From the IMG/VR virus record IMGVR_UViG_3300024275_000017, positions 1 to 41,337 of that record: a stretch of DNA of 41,337 bases; one strand, given 5' to 3'. Under the pieces are notes generated by a model that worked only from the letters and a program-made list of their open reading frames with translations, was not told the origin of the DNA and did not search any database. The position numbers were made by a program, and so were the translations under genes. Every line of letters begins with the position of its first letter. Positions within the stretch are counted from its first letter, which is position 1. The DNA is from a virus. Its lineage: Duplodnaviria; Caudoviricetes. This document shows, one piece after another, positions 34,955 through 41,337 of this stretch.

Positions 34955-35169
34955 GAAAAGTAGCGTCCGGTAATGGCCGACTGGGTAATGGCTTCCCGCG
35001 CTTCGGTGTTAAGCGGGATCATGTCGCGCAGGTTCCACTCCCTAATGCGCTCCAATGCGCTTAGACACTGAAACTTTGCCCAGCCGGCCGAATCTGGTTT
35101 GCCCAACATCATGTATTCCAAGTCCGAAAAGTTCGTACGCCAAAGCGTGTCTTTCCATAGCGATTGCAT
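34951..35169 (-). CDS. Early hypothetical protein
   Basis: AACGGGAG RBS; MQSLWKDTLW. Confidence 0.6.
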   Translation of the reverse strand: MQSLWKDTLWRTNFSDLEYMMLGKPDSAGWAKFQCLSALERIREWNLRDMIPLNTEAREAITQSAITGRYFS

Positions 35170-35171
35170 GG

Positions 35172-35261
35172 TCAATCTCCCGTTGTGTTGCGCGAATGCC
35201 GCCAGGCGAACCACAGAGCGAGCTCTATGACCGCACAGACGGCGAGGATGGCGAGGGTCAT
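35172..35261 (-). CDS. Small single-TM peptide
   Basis: TAATG coupling; MTLAILAVCAVIELALWFAWRH. Confidence 0.4.
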   Translation of the reverse strand: MTLAILAVCAVIELALWFAWRHSRNTTGD

Positions 35262-35668
35262 TACGACCGAATCCAGTACTCGACGCCGCCAAAATCCACG
35301 CACGAGTAGTCCATCTTGAGTTCGCGCGTCGCTTGGTCCCAGTCGATACAGGTACACGGCCACGCGAGGTTGTCGGGGATCATGCCGCAATCCTCGGCGA
35401 GTTCCTGAGCATACGACTTGAAATACGTGTCCCGGATTAGGGTCTCGCCATGTTCCCAGTCGGCCGAACCGGAGCCTTCCTCGGCGAGGGCTTCAAGGGT
35501 AGCGAGTTCCTCGCGTTCCTCGGCCATCGTATCGTTCGGGCCGCCGATCTCGTTGTCGGGAATCTCGGCCGCTTCGATCTCGTCGCGCAATTCCTCGATG
35601 CGCGCGATCACGTCCCGACTGTCGATTACGTCGTCACTGTTGCTAACTTCCCGGACCTTGGTTGTCAT
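35261..35668 (-). CDS. ArdA-like acidic antirestriction/DNA-mimic protein
   Basis: Highly acidic; YAQELAEDCGMIPDNL...CIDWDQATRELKMDY resembles the ArdA C-terminal (Y/F)ID(Y/W)E...RDL..D motif. Confidence 0.65.
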   Translation of the reverse strand: MTTKVREVSNSDDVIDSRDVIARIEELRDEIEAAEIPDNEIGGPNDTMAEEREELATLEALAEEGSGSADWEHGETLIRDTYFKSYAQELAEDCGMIPDNLAWPCTCIDWDQATRELKMDYSCVDFGGVEYWIRS

Positions 35669-35738
35669 GCTGTCTTCTCCCGTTGACCCTGCGAGCGCGC
35701 AGGCCCCATGCCCGCAGCATGGGGTATGCAGGCTCGGG

Positions 35739-35957
35739 CTAGGCGTTGTCGTGCCAAGTTACCTGCGGGATGGATTCGGCATCGGCAATCATGCGCGCGG
35801 CCGCCGTGTACTGGCGCTTCACGTCGTTCAGATACCGCGCCCGGTTCAACTTCGCTGCGATCCGGATGGCATCGCCGGTAAAGGCGCAAGTCGCTACCGG
35901 CAGGACATCGCCGCAACGATGCCTGAATGTCACTTGCGTACCAGTTGCTTCGTACAT
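35739..35957 (-). CDS. First early hypothetical protein
   Basis: AACGGGAG RBS directly after the leftward promoter. Confidence 0.55.
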   Translation of the reverse strand: MYEATGTQVTFRHRCGDVLPVATCAFTGDAIRIAAKLNRARYLNDVKRQYTAAARMIADAESIPQVTWHDNA

Positions 35958-35989
35958 GATCGGCTCCCGTTTGGTTGGACGACACGGGT

Positions 35990-36029
35990 AGAGTACGACC
36001 AGAGTGCGCCCCTGTCCAATACCGATTGG
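35990..36029 (-). promoter_or_regulatory. Leftward early promoter with overlapping inverted repeat
   Basis: TGGACA-N17-TACTCT; CCAAT-N4-ATTGG at 36016-36029 overlaps the -35. Confidence 0.6.
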
Positions 36030-36130
36030 CACTAATGACCAGAGTACGTCCTGCCCAGCCGGCATACACCGCACGAGTGTTCGCTATCAAAACAAGCACC
36101 GCGAAGAACCAAGAACAGAGCCATTCTCCA

Positions 36131-36152
36131 TGTAAGTGAGCACTAACTTACA
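36131..36152. promoter_or_regulatory. SlmA-box-like imperfect palindrome
   Basis: TGTAAGTGAGCACTAACTTACA. Confidence 0.5.
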
Positions 36153-36285
36153 CGCCAAGCCGCACCAGTGCTAGAGCGAAAGTGCAGTGCAGCATGAAAA
36201 CCTGTCAATCCCCCTCAAATCAACCCGAGATTGCGAAATCCGATACGTTCGCCTAGCGCACATCCAATACTGGCGCGGCTCTCCA

Positions 36286-36299
36286 AGTGAGTACACACT
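36286..36299. promoter_or_regulatory. SlmA-box-like site
   Basis: aGTGAGTACACACt; the core matches GTGAGTACTCAC at 11/12. Confidence 0.5.
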
Positions 36300-36845
36300 A
36301 ACTATTGCACCGCAGCATTTCAGTATCGGCACAAAATCGGTGCGATAATTCTTTTGCCCTTTCGCGCGATGACTAACTGAGCCTTCGGCGGTCATCCTGC
36401 CTGCGCGCATCCCCAGCATGAGCCTAGCCCGAGCTACTGCAGCGCAACGCCTGAGCCGATCCGGAACCGGACAGCGCATGGCCTGAGCGAAGCACGGGAT
36501 AGCACAGCATGGGTTGCCGCTTCCCTTTCCCGCTCCGCTCGCTCCGTTCCTGCCTAGCCCACCCGAGCCCCAGGTGGTAGCCCGGTGGGGAATGACCCAT
36601 GCGCACCGTGTTGACATAACGTGCCTTACGCGACGTACCTGCATAGGATCTGGCAAAAGTGGGAGCAGGGTGGGGACTGGGGCAGCACTCCGGGACCCAC
36701 CAGGGATACGGACGGTGGGTGCAAGTTTGAGCTCACGCTCCTCCGGAACTGGCATCACTTTCGGTCCTTTTCTGCTCTGCCTCCGCTTGCTTCGGTGCTA
36801 GGCATGGCTCAATCTGGGGCTTTTGGTGAATAATGGGTCTGCGTT

Positions 36846-36983
36846 ATGACGGATATTCACATGCCGGACTGGGTGGATCGCGATGAGATGGAGCGCGAGG
36901 TGGCCGATCCGGAGGAGGGTCCGGTGTGGGATGAGGGGAGGTTCGATCCGGAATGGATAGACGGCGAGCCCGATGGCGGCTGA
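36846..36983 (+). CDS. Small acidic Trp-rich peptide upstream of terminase
   Basis: 45 aa MTDIHMPDWVDRDEMEREVADPEEG...; overlaps the terL start. Confidence 0.35.
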   Translation: MTDIHMPDWVDRDEMEREVADPEEGPVWDEGRFDPEWIDGEPDGG

Positions 36984-39006
36984 TCCGGAGTTGCTGCGCC
37001 GCATCAGTGCTGACCGGGCGCTGGCGAGCGTGTTGTTGTTCGCGCACCGGCACCCGCAGCAGGAGGCGCCGATGCACGTCGAGATCATGGACTTACTGCG
37101 CGCGGCGGATGAGTTCGTGGTGATTGAAGCGTTCCGGGAGGCGGGGAAGACGACCAAGGCCGAGGAGCACATGATCCTTGCCGGGTGCTTCGGCAACTTC
37201 CATTACGGGCTGCTGCTGGGAGAAACGTATGAGAAGGCGTGCGAGCGGCTGGGGTCGATCGCGCATGAGTGCCTGACCAATGAGGCGCTGCACGAGGTGT
37301 TCGGGGGTCCGGTGGTCTCGAGGCGGCCGGTGGAGAACAAGATTTGGTTCAAGTCCGGCACGCTCTTGCAGGCGTGGGGCTGGGATCAGGAGTTGCAGTC
37401 GTTCAAATATCGCACCCACCGTCCGGACTTCGCGTTTCTGGATGACGTGGAGAATCCCGAGCGGGTGCGCGACAAGGCCGCGGTCTTTGCGAGCATGCAG
37501 AAGTTGCACAATGACCTCATTCCCGCGATGGACAAGGAGCGGCGCAAGATCGTCTTGAGCCAGACCCGGCGCGCGGAGGACTGCATGGTCACGCGCCTGG
37601 CGGGCAACCCCGACTGGCTCTACCGCGGCTATCCCATCTGCCGCGGCGACCCGGAGGATGACAATGCGGTGGCGACCTGGCCGCAGCGCTACCCGATGGC
37701 GTGGGTGAGGTCGGAGAAGCGCCGGTTCGAGCGCGCGGGCATGGCCTCCGCGTTCAATCAGGCCTACCTCCTACAGGCGTCGAGCCCCGAGGGCAAGCCC
37801 TTCAAGGAGGAGATGCTCACCTCGCTCGAAGTATCCCCCTGGCACTGGATGCCGCGCTTTGCCATTTACGACCCGTCGAGGAGCAGCCGTGAAAAGAGAA
37901 TCCGCCGCGGATCAATCGACGAAGCGAAGTCCGATCGCACCGGCAAGGTCGTTGTCAGCCGACTTGGCAGCCAGATTCTTGTTCACGAGTCCGCGGGGCA
38001 TTACTGGCAGCCCAACGAACTCGTTGACGACCTGTTCGCGACCCAAAAGAACCACCGGCCGGCGAAGATAGGCATCGAGAAGAACAGCCTCGACGACTGG
38101 CTGCTGCAGCCGATTCGCCTCAAAATGCTCCAACTCGGCACGCCGCTCCCCCTGCAAGTCCTCAACGCCCCGCAGGATAGGTCCAAGGACGAGTTCATCA
38201 TGGGCCTGCTGCCATTCGCCGCGGCCAAAGATATCGTGCTCGTGGGCGGCAAGCTCGCCCACCCCGAGCTCGTGCAGGAGTGGATCAATTTCCCCAGCGG
38301 CAGCCGCGACGTGTTGAACGCCCTGGCGTATGCTTTGAAAATGTTCACGGGATTCCCGATCTATGAAGACTTCAGTGGCGCGAACCTTGGCGAAGCGCCG
38401 AGCCCGCGAAGCGGTGAAGCGGTGGTGGTCGGCTGGCAGGCCAGTCCCGCGGAAGTGGTGGCTGTCGCGGTGATCCGCGAGGGCCGGCGCCTCGCCGTGG
38501 CCTGGGACGGCAGCGCCACAGGCGCCCTTGCCGACGCGGTGAAGACGCTCGCCTTTGAACTCCGGGCCTCATTCCCCCGCGCCACCCTGCAGCACTGGGT
38601 CCCCGCCGACACCTTCGATCAGTGGCAGCGCGTGGCACTCGTTCCCGCCTTGCGCACCGAGCGCCTGACCCCTTACCGCGGAGAGCACGCCGCCGTCGCC
38701 CGCGGGTGCCTTGCCGAGCGCATCCGCACGGTCTGGCGCAACGCGCGCCTCCTGACCGTCGACCGTAACGCCACGCTGACCCTGAACGCGCTTTCCACCG
38801 GCTACGCCTACGCCGCCGAGAAGGGCGGCCGGCAGGCGCAGGAACCCGAGGCAGGCTTGAGCCGCATGGCCGCCGAAGCACTTGAATGCGCCGTGCTATC
38901 GCTGGACCGGGTCGAGGACGCGAGCGTCATCCCGAAGGGGGCGAACGTCGCCTACTCACCCTCCGGGGTTGCCTATGTGAGCTCGAATCCGCGCGCCCGC
39001 GTTTGA
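36973..39006 (+). CDS. terL: Terminase large subunit
   Basis: Walker A (EAFREAGKTT), Walker B (FAFLDDVE), WPQRY, RNase H-type AIYDPS/IGIEKN and FPSG..DVLNAL. Confidence 0.9.
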   Translation: MAADPELLRRISADRALASVLLFAHRHPQQEAPMHVEIMDLLRAADEFVVIEAFREAGKTTKAEEHMILAGCFGNFHYGLLLGETYEKACERLGSIAHECLTNEALHEVFGGPVVSRRPVENKIWFKSGTLLQAWGWDQELQSFKYRTHRPDFAFLDDVENPERVRDKAAVFASMQKLHNDLIPAMDKERRKIVLSQTRRAEDCMVTRLAGNPDWLYRGYPICRGDPEDDNAVATWPQRYPMAWVRSEKRRFERAGMASAFNQAYLLQASSPEGKPFKEEMLTSLEVSPWHWMPRFAIYDPSRSSREKRIRRGSIDEAKSDRTGKVVVSRLGSQILVHESAGHYWQPNELVDDLFATQKNHRPAKIGIEKNSLDDWLLQPIRLKMLQLGTPLPLQVLNAPQDRSKDEFIMGLLPFAAAKDIVLVGGKLAHPELVQEWINFPSGSRDVLNALAYALKMFTGFPIYEDFSGANLGEAPSPRSGEAVVVGWQASPAEVVAVAVIREGRRLAVAWDGSATGALADAVKTLAFELRASFPRATLQHWVPADTFDQWQRVALVPALRTERLTPYRGEHAAVARGCLAERIRTVWRNARLLTVDRNATLTLNALSTGYAYAAEKGGRQAQEPEAGLSRMAAEALECAVLSLDRVEDASVIPKGANVAYSPSGVAYVSSNPRARV

Positions 39007-39031
39007 CTTTTGCGCGCCCGCGTCCTATTGT
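39003..39031 (+). promoter_or_regulatory. Sigma70-like promoter for head genes
   Basis: TTGACT-N17-TATTGT. Confidence 0.6.
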
Positions 39032-39067
39032 TAGCGGGCACTCACTTCTCTACCGGAGCCCACCGCA

Positions 39068-39241
39068 ATGGCCATCTCCCGCTCGATCACCAAGAAATCC
39101 CCGTCGCAGGCCCCGAAGGACTTCTTCGAGTGCAAGCAATCCGGCGGCACCCACGGAGGCACCGCGGTGCAGCCCGACAAGTGCGCGAGCGGGGCGATGC
39201 GCGAGAAGGTGTATGGGCGCCCGGGGCTCGGGAAGAAGTAG
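39068..39241 (+). CDS. Small basic hypothetical protein (57 aa)
   Basis: GGAG RBS; MAISRSITKKSPSQAPKDFFECK. Confidence 0.6.
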   Translation: MAISRSITKKSPSQAPKDFFECKQSGGTHGGTAVQPDKCASGAMREKVYGRPGLGKK

Positions 39242-39245
39242 CGTC

Positions 39246-39422
39246 ATGGCCAAGCGCAAAATGAGCAAGGTCAAGCCGCTCACCAAGCCCACGGCGGTGT
39301 TCAACAAGAAGCCGCTCAAGCCGGAGAAGGACGACACGCCCGGCAGGATGACCGGGGGCAAGCAGCCCGGCGGGCTCGCCCACCACGCCCGCAGCAAGCG
39401 CCTCAAGGGCGTGACTATTTGA
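39246..39422 (+). CDS. Small Lys-rich hypothetical protein (58 aa)
   Basis: MAKRKMSKVKPLTK...; between terL and portal. Confidence 0.55.
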   Translation: MAKRKMSKVKPLTKPTAVFNKKPLKPEKDDTPGRMTGGKQPGGLAHHARSKRLKGVTI

Positions 39423-39429
39423 CGCTGAT

Positions 39430-41337
39430 GTGGCCGTCGACGCGCCCAAGAAGGGAAGGGGATATAAGCCCAAGGGCGAGGGCAAGCCTAAGGACCTAGC
39501 GTCCGCTTCGGCCGACTCCAAGGCCGATCCGATTGAGAATTGGGCGTCAAAGCCCGAGAGTCCCGCTTACGAAGCGGCGCTCAAGCTCTACAAGCTCGTC
39601 CAAAAAGCCTACGACAATAAGGACGAGCAGTACGACCGCATCGAGGAGTATCGCAACATCTACAATGCGATCCCCGATGCGAACCAACAATACATCGGCA
39701 ACTCCTCGGGCTACCAGCCGATCATCCGCGGCGCGATCAACGCGCGCGCGAAACGCTCGCTCAAGCAACTCTTTCCCGCCAACCATAAGCATTGCGAGGC
39801 GGTCGCGAGCGACGGCAAGACCCCCTACACCCAGCTCTCGCTGCTCGAACACTACATCCGCAAGACGAGTCTCAAATCCATTGTCCGTACCGATCTGATT
39901 GCCGGCGACGTGACCGGGCAGTGGAACCTGATGGTCGACTGGACCTCCTCGACTCACAACATCACCAAGTTGGTCAAGCGCAATCCGCTGCTGCAGCAGA
40001 TCGCGGGCGAGAGTGTGGAGGACTTGGAAATCGAGGACCCGACCTCGGAGGCCGAGGAAGATACCGAGGAGGAAACTATTGTCGAGGAAGGACCCGAGGT
40101 GATCGACTTCGCCACCGAGGACTTGGCCGTCGTGCCGCCGACCTGCACCGACTTGCAGAAGGCGAAAGCGGTCTCGATCAAGCTGCGCATGAGCGCGGAG
40201 AAGGTGCGCGAGATGGTCGATGAGGGCGTGTTCATCCTGCCGCCCAATACCGACATCGAGGAATTCTGCCAGCCCGATCAGAGGCGCGACCGCAAGAACC
40301 CGCAGAAGAAGGCGACGGGAGATGCCGGCATCAAGACGGAAGGGACCAACAAGCACGCGGTCATCTATCAGGTCTACTCGCGCCTCGATCTGGGCGGCGA
40401 GACCAAGGACGACGCCATCATCTACTTTGCCGGCGAGACCGATATCGTCGGCATCATCAAGAATCCACTTTGGTCCGGCAAGCGCCCGATTCTCTCCAAG
40501 CCTGTCGAGCGCATGCAGGGATCGTTTTTCGGGCAGAGCGTGGTCGAGCCCGTCAAGTTCCTGCAGTGGCAGTTGAACGACTTCTGGAATCAGGGCATGG
40601 ATTCGGCGATGTACTCCCTGCAGCCGATTTGGGCCGTGGACCCTATGAAGTGCCCGCAGTGGATGAACCTGACGATGGGTTTGGCCGCGATGTGGCCTAT
40701 CGACCCCAATTCGGTGAAGCAGATCACGCAAACGCAACTGTGGAAGGACGCCGCCGGCATCTGCGACTTGATCAAGCGCCAGATTTGGGAATCTCTCGAT
40801 GTCAACGAGATGATGATGGGGCGCATGCCGGCGGGACGCAAGAATAATCAGATGATGGGGGCGATGAGTCAGGAGCAGCAGGTCAATATCACCGACCACG
40901 CTTCGCGCTACGAGGAGGAAATGTTGAACCCCCTCCTTGAGATGCTGTTCGAGTTCGACCAGCAGTTTCGCACCAAGAGCCTCATGATCGAGACCCGCGG
41001 CGAGATCGGCTACAAGGCGGCCTTGGAGGAAATTCCCGTCCCGCAATGGGGCGAGCGCTACTTCTTCCGCTGGGCCGGCACCGAGTTCATGTTGGGGCTG
41101 CAAAGGACCCAGCAGCAGATCGCGTGGATGAATGTGTTGAAGGGCATCCCGCCGGCCTTGCTCAACGGCCGCACGCTCGACGTGACGCCGATCCTCGAAT
41201 CCGGCACCGAGAACCTGTTCGGACCCGAGATGGCACCGAAGATTCTGGTCGACAAGCGCAATCAGTACGTCGTACCGGCGCACGTCGAGAACGAAATGCT
41301 CGCCAACGGTTTTGAGGTGCAGACCCACGAAGCCGAC
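39430..41337 (+). CDS. Portal protein (N-terminal 636 codons; ~736 aa once joined with 14..316)
   Basis: Open frame 1 from GTG 39430 to the window end with no stop, hence absent from the ORF track. Motifs SLKQLFP, GSFFGQSVVE, LQWQLND..N..MDS; follows terL. Confidence 0.88.
   Translation, partial: MAVDAPKKGRGYKPKGEGKPKDLASASADSKADPIENWASKPESPAYEAALKLYKLVQKAYDNKDEQYDRIEEYRNIYNAIPDANQQYIGNSSGYQPIIRGAINARAKRSLKQLFPANHKHCEAVASDGKTPYTQLSLLEHYIRKTSLKSIVRTDLIAGDVTGQWNLMVDWTSSTHNITKLVKRNPLLQQIAGESVEDLEIEDPTSEAEEDTEEETIVEEGPEVIDFATEDLAVVPPTCTDLQKAKAVSIKLRMSAEKVREMVDEGVFILPPNTDIEEFCQPDQRRDRKNPQKKATGDAGIKTEGTNKHAVIYQVYSRLDLGGETKDDAIIYFAGETDIVGIIKNPLWSGKRPILSKPVERMQGSFFGQSVVEPVKFLQWQLNDFWNQGMDSAMYSLQPIWAVDPMKCPQWMNLTMGLAAMWPIDPNSVKQITQTQLWKDAAGICDLIKRQIWESLDVNEMMMGRMPAGRKNNQMMGAMSQEQQVNITDHASRYEEEMLNPLLEMLFEFDQQFRTKSLMIETRGEIGYKAALEEIPVPQWGERYFFRWAGTEFMLGLQRTQQQIAWMNVLKGIPPALLNGRTLDVTPILESGTENLFGPEMAPKILVDKRNQYVVPAHVENEMLANGFEVQTHEAD
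41325..41337. repeat. Terminal direct repeat, copy 2
   Basis: Identical to 1-13. Confidence 0.9.

Noticed and set aside
39547-41328. 593-aa minus-strand ORF
   Set aside because: Antisense shadow of the portal gene, which the ORF track missed because it has no stop before the window end.

Overview
This window is an apparently complete, circularly permuted ~41.3 kb genome of a GC-rich tailed phage with a podovirus-like gene set. The host is probably a proteobacterium (inference). The last 13 nt repeat the first 13 nt, and the portal gene reads in frame across the junction. The rightward late operon runs: terminase large subunit, portal, a cluster of collagen-like head/fibre genes with a mini M48 metallopeptidase, decoration proteins, scaffold, N4-gp56-type major capsid, adaptor and nozzle (separated by an antisense HNH endonuclease), fibre, GNAT, three ejection-protein candidates, a PurD-like ATP-grasp ligase, a beta-helix depolymerase and lysis/membrane genes. 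A leftward operon carries Erf, an SSB-like gene and NinB. It is headed by an HTH repressor with two matching operators and by a DIP1984-family gene. That gene is followed by a ~320-nt structured non-coding element containing an aberrant tRNA-like module and a periodic (C/G)CGA array, which is the strongest candidate for an undescribed system. Other highlights: a shared N-terminal leader motif on four virion proteins, SlmA-box-like palindromes, an ArdA-like/Aca-like early anti-defence cluster, and two accessory genes each preceded by a duplicated start of the downstream gene. I recognised no integrase, DNA polymerase, helicase or primase. All protein calls come from motif recognition by eye; no database searches were run.
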